NCBI GenBank assembly: GCA_050248855.1 | Contig: JBFWRP010000007.1 | Location: 64,001-128,000 of the forward strand | DNA: 64,000 bases | Reading direction: 5' to 3' | From: Planctomycetota bacterium | GTDB lineage: Bacteria > Planctomycetota > PLA2 > JAEUHO01 | In this document: piece by piece, positions 1 to 8,789 of the stretch | How positions within the stretch are numbered: the stretch's first letter is position 1 | Layout: every line of letters starts with the position of its first letter | The notes under the pieces: model-generated | What the model saw: the letters and a program-made list of their open reading frames with translations, nothing else | Told to the model about the DNA's origin: nothing | The model's database searches: none | Made by a program: the position numbers and the translations under genes

Positions 1-1
1 G

Positions 2-424
2 CCGCCATCGGGCGTTCCCCTCCTGGATCCGATGCGACTCCTCGAGCGCCTGCAGGAGGCGGGGCGTGCGGGGTGGACCGATGACCGGGAGGTGGACCGC
101 GGATCGGCAGGGGCCGATGCGGAGGGACGCCGCGCTGCCGCCACGCTTTCGCGCCAGGAGGCCCGTCCGTGGATCGAAACGGCCCAACGCGCGTGGAGCC
201 ACGGCAAGCTCGCCGAGGCGCTGGACGCCGCCCGCAAGGCTGCGGAGGTCGCCCCCGGCTACGCACCGGCGTTCGAGCTGCTCGCGTTCCTCACGGGCTG
301 CCGCGACGCCGACGACCCGGCCGTGGCGGCCGCCTTGGCCCATGTTCCTGATCGCGAACGCGCCCGCCGCATCGCGGCGTGGTTCGGCCAGACACCTGCA
401 CCCCTCGAGACGGAGAACGAATGA
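2..424 (+). CDS. TPR-like helical protein (C-terminal part, probably truncated by the window edge)
   Basis: Frame is open from the window start. TPR-like segment 'LAEALDAARKAAEVAPGYAPAFELLA'. The stop overlaps the rnd start (ATGA at 421-424). Confidence 0.55.
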   Translation, partial: PPSGVPLLDPMRLLERLQEAGRAGWTDDREVDRGSAGADAEGRRAAATLSRQEARPWIETAQRAWSHGKLAEALDAARKAAEVAPGYAPAFELLAFLTGCRDADDPAVAAALAHVPDRERARRIAAWFGQTPAPLETENE

Positions 425-1587
425 CGCGCGCGCCTGCAGCATGGATCGACGACCGCGATGCGCTGAAGCGCGTGGCCGACCTGGTGGCCACTGCGTCGCA
501 GGTGGCGCTCGACACGGAAGCCAACTCCATGCACGCCTACCGTGAGCGCACGTGCACGCTGCAGCTGACGGTGGGCGCCCGGGACGTGATCGTGGACGCG
601 ATCGCCTTCGACGACTTGGAGCCGCTGCGCGACGCCTTCGACCGGAAAGACCTCGAAGTGATCGTGCACGGTGGGGACTACGACGTCACCGTGCTCACGC
701 GGGACCACGACTGGGCCTTCCACAGGCTGTTCGACACCATGATCGCGGCCACGCTGCTCGGCGACGAGCGGGTGGGCCTCGCCGCCCTGGTGGAAGAGCA
801 CTTCGGCGAGCATCTGGACAAGCGCCACCAGCGGGCGGACTGGGCCCGGCGCCCCTTGAGCCCCGACCAGCTGGCCTACCTCCAGCGCGACACGATCTGG
901 CTCCCCCACCTGCGCGACCTCTTCCGCAAGCGCATCGCCGAGGCCGCCCTGGAGGAGGCCTTCGACATCGAGATGCAGCGGCTGGCAGCCCGACGAGGCG
1001 CTCCGGCGGCCAAGGACGCAGAAGCCTGGCGTCGCGCCAAGGGCGCATCGCGGTTGGACGCCCGCGGCCGCAGCGTCTTCGAAGCGCTGTGGCGCTGGCG
1101 CGAGGGCGAGGCCGAAGCCCGTGACCTGCCGCCGTTCAAGGTGCTGGCGCCGGCCGTGATGGTGCAGCTGGCCGAGCGCCCGCCGCGCGACGCGCGGGGC
1201 CCCGATGCCCTGCGCGGGGTCCCGCCCCGGGAGGCGCGCCGCCACGGACGCGCGATCCGCGAAGCCCTCGCCGAGGGGCTCGAGCGCCACGCCCGGGGGA
1301 ACGCGCCGCCGCCCGACGAGCGGCCGCGACAGTCCGACGAGGAGCGGCGCGCCAGCAAGGAGCGACGCGACCTCGTGGATCGACTGCGCGCATGGCGCAA
1401 GGACGAAGCGGACCGACGAGGCGTGACGACCCTGGCGGTGCTGCCCAACCCGGGCATCGAATGGCTGGTCGACAACCGACCGCGCACGCTGGAAGAGCTC
1501 GCGGCCGCCCCGGACTTGGGGCCGGACCGCATCGCGCGCTACGGCAACATCCTGCTGGCCACGCTGGCCTCGTCCTCGGGTTCCTGA
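421..1587 (+). CDS. rnd: Ribonuclease D (DEDDy 3'-5' exonuclease with two HRDC domains)
   Basis: ALDTE (ExoI), HGGDYD (ExoII), LFDTMIAA, DWARRPL..QLAYLQRD (ExoIII). HRDC-like segments 'LWRWRE..A..RDLPPFKVL' and 'LRAWRK..A..RGV..LAVLPN'. Confidence 0.9.
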   Translation: MTRAPAAWIDDRDALKRVADLVATASQVALDTEANSMHAYRERTCTLQLTVGARDVIVDAIAFDDLEPLRDAFDRKDLEVIVHGGDYDVTVLTRDHDWAFHRLFDTMIAATLLGDERVGLAALVEEHFGEHLDKRHQRADWARRPLSPDQLAYLQRDTIWLPHLRDLFRKRIAEAALEEAFDIEMQRLAARRGAPAAKDAEAWRRAKGASRLDARGRSVFEALWRWREGEAEARDLPPFKVLAPAVMVQLAERPPRDARGPDALRGVPPREARRHGRAIREALAEGLERHARGNAPPPDERPRQSDEERRASKERRDLVDRLRAWRKDEADRRGVTTLAVLPNPGIEWLVDNRPRTLEELAAAPDLGPDRIARYGNILLATLASSSGS

Positions 1588-1694
1588 CGCCTGGCGGGGA
1601 CTCCTGACATGAAGCGACTCCCGTGCGGGCGCACCGCACGGGAGTCGTCAGCAACGACCGTGACCTGCGTCAGCCGATCGGCCGCCGGAGAGGA

Positions 1695-2147
1695 TCAGTC
1701 CTCCCAGTCGTCGTCTTCCCAGTCCTCGTCGTCGTCATCGTCGTCATCGTCATCATCATCGTCGTCGTCATCGTCCCAGTCGTCGTCATCGTCGTCGTCA
1801 TCGTCGTCTTCTTCGTCGTCGTCCTCTTCCTCGTCGTCCTCGAACTCGTCGTCCTCTTCCTCGTCGTCTTCTTCGTCGAGGTCTTCGTCCTCTTCCTCGT
1901 CGTCCTCGTCTTCGTCCTCGTCATCGTCGATGTCGTCGTCTTCGTCATCGTCATCATCGTCATCGTCATCGTCATCGTCATCATCGTCGTCGTCGTCGTA
2001 GTCTTCGTCTTCCTCGAAGTCCTCCTCGTCGCCCCCAAGCTGGACGCCGAGGGACGAGGTGGGGACGTCGGTCGCATCCGGCAGCAGCGCCTCGCCGAGC
2101 AGTGCGGCGAGCAGGGCCTCGGAGAAGAGGGAGTCGTCGGTGGACAT
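1695..2147 (-). CDS. Hyper-acidic protein (39-aa leader followed by a ~110-aa Asp/Glu tract)
   Basis: GAGGA RBS upstream of the ATG. Mixed GAC/GAT/GAG/GAA codons. Fills the gap between rnd and nadE. Confidence 0.7.
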   Translation of the reverse strand: MSTDDSLFSEALLAALLGEALLPDATDVPTSSLGVQLGGDEEDFEEDEDYDDDDDDDDDDDDDDDDDDEDDDIDDDEDEDEDDEEEDEDLDEEDDEEEDDEFEDDEEEDDDEEDDDDDDDDDDWDDDDDDDDDDDDDDDDEDWEDDDWED

Positions 2148-2196
2148 GGGGATTTCCTCGGGGAGCGGGGCGGAGCGACCGCCCGGGCGGGCCGTA

Positions 2197-2224
2197 CCTA
2201 TACCCCCCGGCCCGGACCCGTCAA
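2197..2224 (-). promoter_or_regulatory. Candidate sigma70-type promoter for the acidic-protein gene
   Basis: The minus strand reads TTGACG-N16-TATAGG, with the same -35 hexamer and spacer as the tRNA promoter at 51602. The -10 box is imperfect. Confidence 0.35.
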
Positions 2225-2325
2225 GACCCCCGGTTCCGCGTTCGTGGCCGCTTGGTTAGGCTCCGGGGGATGCCGTGGCAGGAGGTCGCCGGATGCGACC
2301 ACGACGCGGCCCGGAGCGACCGTTC

Positions 2326-3978
2326 GTGCGCATCGCCCTCGCGCAGATCGACACGACGGCCGGCGATGTCCGCGGCAACGTGGACCGGGTCCTGGCGGCC
2401 GCGCGGCGCGCGTCCGAGGAGGGCGCGGACCTGCTCGTTGCGCCGGAGCTGGTGGTTGCCGGCTACCCGCCGCGCGACCTGTTGCTCCGTCCTGGCTTCG
2501 TCACCGCGGTCGAGGGCGCGACCGCCGCGCTGGCCCGTGAGCTTCCGGCGGGGCTCGCGGCCGTGGTCGGCACGGTTGCCCGGGACACGCGGCCCTACGG
2601 CCCGCCGCTCGTCAATGCAGCTGCGTTCCTCGCTGACGGCACGGTGCGTGCGCTCTACGCCAAGCGGCTGCTCCCGACGTACGACGTGTTCGACGAGCGT
2701 CGCTACTTCGCGCCGGGCGACGGCCCCATGGTCGTAAGCTGGCGCGGGCGACGCATCGGCCTCCTCGTATGCGAGGACCTCTGGGGCCGGGACCTCGTGC
2801 AGGGGCGCCGGCTCTACGAGGAGGATCCGCCCGCGGACACGGTGGCCGCGGGAGCGGACGTGCTCATCGCGATCTCCGCGTCGCCCTACCACGGCGGCAA
2901 GGACGCGCACCGCCGCGCGCTGTTCGCGGAAGAGGCCCGACGCTCCAAGCGCGTGCTGGTCACGGTCCAGCAGGTCGGTGGCAACGACGACGTGCTGTTC
3001 GACGGTCGGAGCCGCGTGTTCGACGGAACGGGCCAGACGCGGCTGCGGCTCTCCGCCTTCGGCGAGGACTTCGCAGTCGTCGACGTGGACGCCTTGCCGG
3101 AGGTGGTCGCCGAGCCGGACCCGCTAGGGCCCCACGAGGAGCTGCGCCAGGCGTTGGTCATGGGCCTGCGCGACTACAGCGCCAAGACGGAGCTGGGTCG
3201 TGTCGTGCTGGGCCTGTCCGGCGGTGTGGACAGCGCCGTGACCGCGGCCCTCGCCGTCGATGCCCTGGGTCCCGAGAACGTCCTGGCCGTCGGCATGCCC
3301 GGGCCGTTCACCGCCGAGATGAGCCGTACCGACGCCAAGGACCTGGCTGACGCCCTGGGCGTGCGCTTCGTCGAGATCCCCATCCAGGGCGTCTACGAGG
3401 CCTATCTCGAGGCGCTCGGGCCCGTGTTCGAGGGGCGTCCGTTCGACGTCGCCGAAGAGAACATCCAGGCCCGCATCCGTGGCGCGCTCCTGATGGCGAT
3501 CAGCAACAAGCACGGGCACCTCGTGCTGACCACGGGCAACAAGAGCGAAGTGGCCGTGGGCTACTGCACGCTCTACGGCGACATGAACGGGGGTTTGGCG
3601 CTCCTGTCCGACGTCTGGAAGACACGGGTCTACGATCTGGCCCGGATCTACGTCGAGCGGGGGGTCATGCCGCTGCGCATCGTGCAGCGACCGCCCTCGG
3701 CCGAGCTGCGCGCCGACCAGATGGACAGCGACTCGCTGCCTCCGTACGAGGTGCTCGACCGGATCCTCGACAAACGCATCGAGCAGGGCTGGAGCGCGGC
3801 GCGCCTGGTGGCCGCCGGCGAGGACCCTGCGCTCGTCGAGCGCGTGCTCAAGATGGTCGAACGCAACGAGTACAAGCGCCGCCAGATGGCCCCGGGCCTC
3901 AAGGTGACACCGGTCGCCTTCGGCGTCGGCTGGCGCATGCCCATCGCCGCGCCGACGGACCTGCGCAACGAGACGTAG
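2326..3978 (+). CDS. nadE: Glutamine-dependent NAD+ synthetase
   Basis: Nitrilase-fold domain with the E-K-C triad (APEL, YAKRLL, VCEDLW), plus a synthetase domain (LSGGVDS, ENIQARIRG, TTGNKSE, PPSAEL). GTG start chosen at 'RIALAQ'. Confidence 0.95.
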   Translation: MRIALAQIDTTAGDVRGNVDRVLAAARRASEEGADLLVAPELVVAGYPPRDLLLRPGFVTAVEGATAALARELPAGLAAVVGTVARDTRPYGPPLVNAAAFLADGTVRALYAKRLLPTYDVFDERRYFAPGDGPMVVSWRGRRIGLLVCEDLWGRDLVQGRRLYEEDPPADTVAAGADVLIAISASPYHGGKDAHRRALFAEEARRSKRVLVTVQQVGGNDDVLFDGRSRVFDGTGQTRLRLSAFGEDFAVVDVDALPEVVAEPDPLGPHEELRQALVMGLRDYSAKTELGRVVLGLSGGVDSAVTAALAVDALGPENVLAVGMPGPFTAEMSRTDAKDLADALGVRFVEIPIQGVYEAYLEALGPVFEGRPFDVAEENIQARIRGALLMAISNKHGHLVLTTGNKSEVAVGYCTLYGDMNGGLALLSDVWKTRVYDLARIYVERGVMPLRIVQRPPSAELRADQMDSDSLPPYEVLDRILDKRIEQGWSAARLVAAGEDPALVERVLKMVERNEYKRRQMAPGLKVTPVAFGVGWRMPIAAPTDLRNET

Positions 3979-3995
3979 CTCGCGGTACGCCGTGG

Positions 3996-5171
3996 TCACC
4001 CCGTTCGCACCAACGCCACGTGCTTGAGGTAGCGCCCCTCGGGCGCGCGCAGGTCGAAGGGGTGGTCGGGCGCGGCGCCGGCGATGCGGACCACCTGCGC
4101 TTCCACGCCCGCGTCGCGGCCGGCATCGGCCAACATGCCGAGGAAGGCCTCCTCGGAAACCAGGCCCGAACAGGAGTGCGTCACCAGCACGCCGCCCACC
4201 GGCAGCACGTGGAGCCCGAGGCGATTCAGGTCCCGGTAGCGCGCGAGCGCCGCCGCGAGGCCGTTCCGGGCCTTGGCCCACTTGGGCGGGTCGAGCACCA
4301 GCACCTCGGGTCGCTCGGCCACCGGAAGCTCCTCGAGCGCGCGCAGGCCGTGGAACACGTCGCCGTGGCGGACGTCGATGTCCAGACCGTTGCGCCGCGC
4401 GTTGGCCTGGGCGACCTCCACGGCCTCCTCGTCGAGATCCATCGCCGTGACTTGCGTCGCGCCGGCCGCGGCCGCGGCCAGCGCGAAGCCGCCCGTGTAG
4501 GTCATGCCGTCGAACACGCGACGTCCCCGCGCGATGCCGGCCACGAAGCGCCGGTTGTCGCGCTGGTCCACGAAGTAGCCCGTCTTGTGCCCGCCCGTCG
4601 GATGCACCTCCACGCGGATGCCGTGCTCGTGGATCTCGACCGGCGGCCGCGGCGGCGGCTCGGGCAGGTCGATGTGCTCCTGCTCGGCGGTGCGTGCATC
4701 GACACGGAAGATCACCTCGTCGACATCGAGTACCTCGCCCAGGGCTTCGGCGACCTCGGTGCGTCGCTGGGCCCAGCCGAGACTGAACAGCGACACCACG
4801 GCCACGGGGCCGTAGCGGTCCACGACCAAGCCGCCCAGGCCGTCGCCCTCGGCGTGGACGACGCGCCAGGCGTTGGTGACCTCCCCGAGCCGCAGCACGT
4901 CACGGCGCAGCCCCGCGGCCAGCGCCAGCCGCTCGCGCAGCCAGTCCTGGTCCGGGGGCTGGGCCGGATCGCGCGTGAGCATGCGCAGCGTGACCAGGCT
5001 CTCGCGGTGCAGGAAGGCGTAGCCGACGGGCCGCCCCTCCTTCGTGGTCACCTCCACGACGTCGCCGCTCCGGGCCTCGCGATCGACGGAGGCCACGCGC
5101 TTCTCGTAGACGATCGGGTGGCCGGGCGGGCCACCGCGCAGCCGCGCGCGAGGGAAGCGGTAAGACGCCAT
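3996..5171 (-). CDS. RlmI-family SAM-dependent rRNA methyltransferase (PUA + MTase)
   Basis: AEGDGLGGLVVDRY, GHKTGYFVDQRDNR, YTGGF, LDPPK, SCSG, PDHP..PEGRYLK. Confidence 0.88.
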   Translation of the reverse strand: MASYRFPRARLRGGPPGHPIVYEKRVASVDREARSGDVVEVTTKEGRPVGYAFLHRESLVTLRMLTRDPAQPPDQDWLRERLALAAGLRRDVLRLGEVTNAWRVVHAEGDGLGGLVVDRYGPVAVVSLFSLGWAQRRTEVAEALGEVLDVDEVIFRVDARTAEQEHIDLPEPPPRPPVEIHEHGIRVEVHPTGGHKTGYFVDQRDNRRFVAGIARGRRVFDGMTYTGGFALAAAAAGATQVTAMDLDEEAVEVAQANARRNGLDIDVRHGDVFHGLRALEELPVAERPEVLVLDPPKWAKARNGLAAALARYRDLNRLGLHVLPVGGVLVTHSCSGLVSEEAFLGMLADAGRDAGVEAQVVRIAGAAPDHPFDLRAPEGRYLKHVALVRTG

Positions 5172-5223
5172 GGGGGCAGGAGGGTACGCGAACCCGGTAC
5201 GGAGGCGGTTCCCCCGTACGGAG

Positions 5224-6405
5224 TCAGAGCCCCACGGTCACGCGGGCGAAGTCCAGGGCGTGGACGAAGCGCTCCATGGTCGGTCGGCGCGTGGGATCGG
5301 GGTCCAGCGCCTCCATCAACGCCGCCTCGAGCGGGGCGGGGACCTCGACGCCGAGGCTGGCCAACGTGGGCGGCCGCGTTGCCGCGCGTGCGAGCGTGTC
5401 GAGCAGGTCCGCGCCCTGCGCAGGCGGCGTTCCGGCAAGGAGGGCGAAGCCCACGGCCGCGAGCCCGTAGACGTCCACGGCCTGGGTGACCGCCGAGCTG
5501 CCCTGCACGACCTCTTCGGGTGCCACGTAGCCCGGGGTGCCGATGACACCCCTGGAGCCCGGAACGGGCTGGTCGGCCAACACGGCCTGGCCGTAGTCGA
5601 TCACCACGATGTTGCCTCGCGGCGTGCAGATCAGGTTGCCGGGCGCGACGTCGCGGTGGATCACGCCGCGGCAGTGCAGGTGGGCCAGCCCGCGGCCGGC
5701 GTCCACGAGGCGGTTCACCACCGTCCCCGGCGAGAGCCCACCGCCGCGCGCTTCGGCCACGAGCGGCCGCCCGGTCACGTAGCGCGTGAGCATCCACGGC
5801 AGGGCGCGCCCGCCGCGCAGGACCACGCCGCCGTCGAGGACAGGCGCCAAGCTGGGGTGGGGCGCGCCGGCCAGCGCCTGCAGCAGGCGCAAGGCCTGCT
5901 GCGGTTGGTCGCCGTCGGGATCCAGACTTCGTCGCGTCTTCAGCTGGGCGCGACCGAGGCCGCTCGTCTTGACGGCGACCGTATGGCTGCCGTGACCGGC
6001 AAGTGCGCCGCCGGTGTAGGCCTCGGGGCCCTCGGCCGGGTCGCACGCGCCGGGCGAACGAAGCCATGCCGTGGCGCGGTCCACACCGGGCGGCAGGAAC
6101 GCGCCGGCCAGGCGGTCGCGCACGACGAGCTCGGTGCCGGCGCCCTTGCCCGGCTCACCCAGCTGGATGCGGTCGCCGTGCTGGACGACCATGAACGAGA
6201 CGCGCTCGCCGTTGACGCGGACATGGAGCCCGTCGGCGGCGCTCAGCAGCAGGTCGCCGCGCAGCTCGCGCAGCCGCGCGTGCCCGGGGCGCACCCCTGG
6301 ATCGGCAACCTGGAGGTCGTCCCCGCGGCCCGAGCCGAGGGTGAAGGGGAGCGTGGCGACCGGGACCACGGCCCCGTTGTCCGAGCGGCGCAGGGAAAGC
6401 GGCAT
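5224..6405 (-). CDS. FHA domain + Hanks-type Ser/Thr protein kinase
   Basis: N-terminal degenerate FHA (LGSG..DDLQV..PGVRPGHARL, VNGERV..VQHGDRIQLG). Kinase motifs VAVK, HRDVAPGN, DYG, GTPGYVAPE, DVYGL. Confidence 0.85.
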   Translation of the reverse strand: MPLSLRRSDNGAVVPVATLPFTLGSGRGDDLQVADPGVRPGHARLRELRGDLLLSAADGLHVRVNGERVSFMVVQHGDRIQLGEPGKGAGTELVVRDRLAGAFLPPGVDRATAWLRSPGACDPAEGPEAYTGGALAGHGSHTVAVKTSGLGRAQLKTRRSLDPDGDQPQQALRLLQALAGAPHPSLAPVLDGGVVLRGGRALPWMLTRYVTGRPLVAEARGGGLSPGTVVNRLVDAGRGLAHLHCRGVIHRDVAPGNLICTPRGNIVVIDYGQAVLADQPVPGSRGVIGTPGYVAPEEVVQGSSAVTQAVDVYGLAAVGFALLAGTPPAQGADLLDTLARAATRPPTLASLGVEVPAPLEAALMEALDPDPTRRPTMERFVHALDFARVTVGL

Positions 6406-6412
6406 GGCTGGG

Positions 6413-6796
6413 TCAGATGGCCTCCGGAGCAGGGGTCCGATAGGTGATTCGGCATTCTCCGACCCCGATCACCAGCCCATCTCGGAGCGGCGCCCCCGCG
6501 GGGCCCACCGGCACCCCCGAGAGAAGCGTCCCGTTGGTACTGCCCAGGTCTTCGAGCCGATGCCCGCCATCGACTTCGCGCACCACCCGCGCATGGCGGC
6601 GGCTGGCTCGTGGGGCGGTCAGCGGGAGGTCCGCCGCGGGCCCCCGGCCCAGGACCACCTCGGCGCTCTCGCCCAGGTCCACGAGCCAGCGGCGGCCGGC
6701 GTCCTCCACGAGCAACAGGGCCACGACGCGTTCCTCCGGGCGGCCGTGCGCGGGGGGACCGCCCGAGGTCGAGTATGCCGCCGCGTACGCCCCCAA
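6413..6796 (-). CDS. Stand-alone FHA domain protein (start uncertain)
   Basis: Canonical FHA residues: LGR, ASRRHA, DLGSTNGT, LRDG..I.VG. Confidence 0.85.
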   Translation of the reverse strand: MGAYAAAYSTSGGPPAHGRPEERVVALLLVEDAGRRWLVDLGESAEVVLGRGPAADLPLTAPRASRRHARVVREVDGGHRLEDLGSTNGTLLSGVPVGPAGAPLRDGLVIGVGECRITYRTPAPEAI

Positions 6797-6862
6797 GCGG
6801 GCCTGAATCCGTCCGCGCCGCGCTTCGCCCCTTGAGCACGGGGGCTACAGTGCCCGATCCAG

Positions 6863-8248
6863 ATGGGAGCGCCCATCTCGATGTCCGGCCCCCCCAGGGC
6901 GGCCGCGGAGCCCTCTCCCGTGAACACCACCTCGAGCATGGAGGCGGACGTCGACCACGACGCCCCCACCGATCGCATCTCCGTAGGCGAGTTCGACAAC
7001 CTCTACGAGATGGCCGTCCAGCAGTTCCAGCGGGCCGCCGACCTCATCGGCCTGGACCCGGGGCTCCGGGCGATCCTGGGTCAGCCCAAGAACGAGCTCA
7101 TCGTCAACTTCCCGATCCGCCGGGACGACGGCTCGGTGCTCATGTGCAAGGGCTACCGCATCCAGCACAACGACATTCTCGGCTGCTACAAGGGCGGCTT
7201 GCGGTTCAGCACGCAGGTGCACCTCGACGAGGTGAAGGCCCTGTCGGCCTGGATGACCTGGAAGTGCTCGCTGGCCGACCTGCCCTTCGGCGGCGCCAAG
7301 GGCGGCGTGCAGATCGACCCCTCGACGCTCTCGCCCCGCGAGATGGAGCGGCTGACGCGTCGCTTCACGCACGCGCTCGGGTCCAACATCGGCCCCGACT
7401 ACGACATCCCGGCCCCCGACATGGGCACCAACGCCCAGCACATGGTCTGGATGATGGACACGTACATGAACACCAACGCGCACGCGACGAAGAACGTCGC
7501 GCGGCACGTGGTGACCGGCAAGAGCGTCGCTTCGGGCGGCAGCCTGGGCCGCGAAGAGGCGACCGGCCGCGGCACGGTGTACTGCATCCAGTCGTGGGCG
7601 CTCGACCACGACCTCGACCTCGCCCACGCCACCGCCGCGATCCAAGGCTACGGCAACGTGGGCAGCTGGACGGGCCGCATCCTCCAGGAGGAGTACGGCA
7701 CGCGCGTCCTCACCGTGCAGGACCACACGGGCAGCATCCGCAACCCGAACGGCATCGACGCCATCGCGCTGGCCGAGTACGTCAAGAAGACGGGCGGCGT
7801 GAAGGGCTTCGAGGGCGCCGACGCGATCCCCAACGAGGAGTTCTGGAAGACGCCGGTGGATGTCATGGTCCCGGCGGCGCTCGAGTGGCAGGTCACCTCG
7901 AAGAACGCCCCCGACATCCAGGCCCGCGTCGTGGCCGAGGCCGCCAACGGCCCGCTCACCTCGCGTGCCGAGAAGATCCTGCTCGATCGCGGCATCGACG
8001 TGATCCCCGACATCCTCTGCAACTCGGGTGGCGTGATCGTGTCGTACTTCGAGTGGACGCAGAACCGACGCGGCGAGACGTGGTACATCGAAGAAGTGCG
8101 CCACAAGCTCATGCGTCGCATCACGGACGCTTACGACCGCGTGCGCCAAGCCCGCAACAAGTACAGCTGCTCGATGCGCGACGCCGCGATGGCCGTGGCG
8201 GTCAAGCGCGTCGAGGCCGCCTACAACGAGCGCGGGATCTTCCCCTAG
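6863..8248 (+). CDS. gdhA: Glu/Leu/Phe/Val dehydrogenase, probably glutamate dehydrogenase
   Basis: GYRIQH, KGGLRF, MTWKC, PFGGAKGG, DIPAPDMGT, VTGK..GGSLGR.EATGRG, QGYGNVG, EAANGP, PDILCNSGGVIVSYFEW. Start could be 6863, 6882 or 6938. Confidence 0.93.
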   Translation: MGAPISMSGPPRAAAEPSPVNTTSSMEADVDHDAPTDRISVGEFDNLYEMAVQQFQRAADLIGLDPGLRAILGQPKNELIVNFPIRRDDGSVLMCKGYRIQHNDILGCYKGGLRFSTQVHLDEVKALSAWMTWKCSLADLPFGGAKGGVQIDPSTLSPREMERLTRRFTHALGSNIGPDYDIPAPDMGTNAQHMVWMMDTYMNTNAHATKNVARHVVTGKSVASGGSLGREEATGRGTVYCIQSWALDHDLDLAHATAAIQGYGNVGSWTGRILQEEYGTRVLTVQDHTGSIRNPNGIDAIALAEYVKKTGGVKGFEGADAIPNEEFWKTPVDVMVPAALEWQVTSKNAPDIQARVVAEAANGPLTSRAEKILLDRGIDVIPDILCNSGGVIVSYFEWTQNRRGETWYIEEVRHKLMRRITDAYDRVRQARNKYSCSMRDAAMAVAVKRVEAAYNERGIFP

Positions 8249-8252
8249 GCCC

Positions 8253-8783
8253 TTGGTGGCAGCGGGTACCCCCGCACCGATGGCGGGGTGGCCCGACTCG
8301 ATCGACGCACCGCTTGCGGGCCTCGACCTCGGCGACGCAAGCGCGGACCGTCCGCGCTTGGTGGTCGAGGTGTGGATGGTGCGACCCGGCGGCATGCAGG
8401 GTCCGCACGCCCTCTTGCTGCGGCGATGCCCCGGGCAGGGCGGTTTCTGGCAGGGTGTGTCGGGCCGCGTGGAGGCTGCGGACGCGACGCTGCGTCACGC
8501 GGCCCGCCGCGAGGTCCTGGAGGAGACGGGCTTCGACCTGCCGCTCGAGGCGTTCTTCGACCTCGGCGGCTGGACCGTGTTCCAGGGGCTGGTGAGCCGG
8601 CGCTGGTTCGCGAAGCGGCCCCTGGGTCTGGCGCTGCCCGCGGCAGCCACGGCCGCGTTCGTGACGCTGTCCGACGAGCACGACGCGGTGGAGGACGTGA
8701 CGTTGGAAGCGGCGTTGGCCCGGCTGGCGTTCGACGACAACCGCGCGCTCCTGGCCGCGGCGGCCCGGCACGTGGTGGGCTAG
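8253..8783 (+). CDS. NUDIX hydrolase (NudB-like)
   Basis: FWQGVSG..E, AARREVLEETG Nudix box, LSDEH. Confidence 0.8.
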   Translation: MVAAGTPAPMAGWPDSIDAPLAGLDLGDASADRPRLVVEVWMVRPGGMQGPHALLLRRCPGQGGFWQGVSGRVEAADATLRHAARREVLEETGFDLPLEAFFDLGGWTVFQGLVSRRWFAKRPLGLALPAAATAAFVTLSDEHDAVEDVTLEAALARLAFDDNRALLAAAARHVVG

Positions 8784-8789
8784 CCGCAC

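Noticed and set aside
1609..2540. Poly-Ser, poly-Val/Ile and poly-Thr/Met ORFs over the low-complexity tract
   Set aside because: They are alternative frames of the Asp/Glu gene. Only the acidic frame has a clear RBS and variation confined mostly to third codon positions.
5197..5222. GTACGG...CCGTAC hairpin as another copy of the transposase IR
   Set aside because: Only the 6-7-nt core matches. The rest of the 30-mer is absent.
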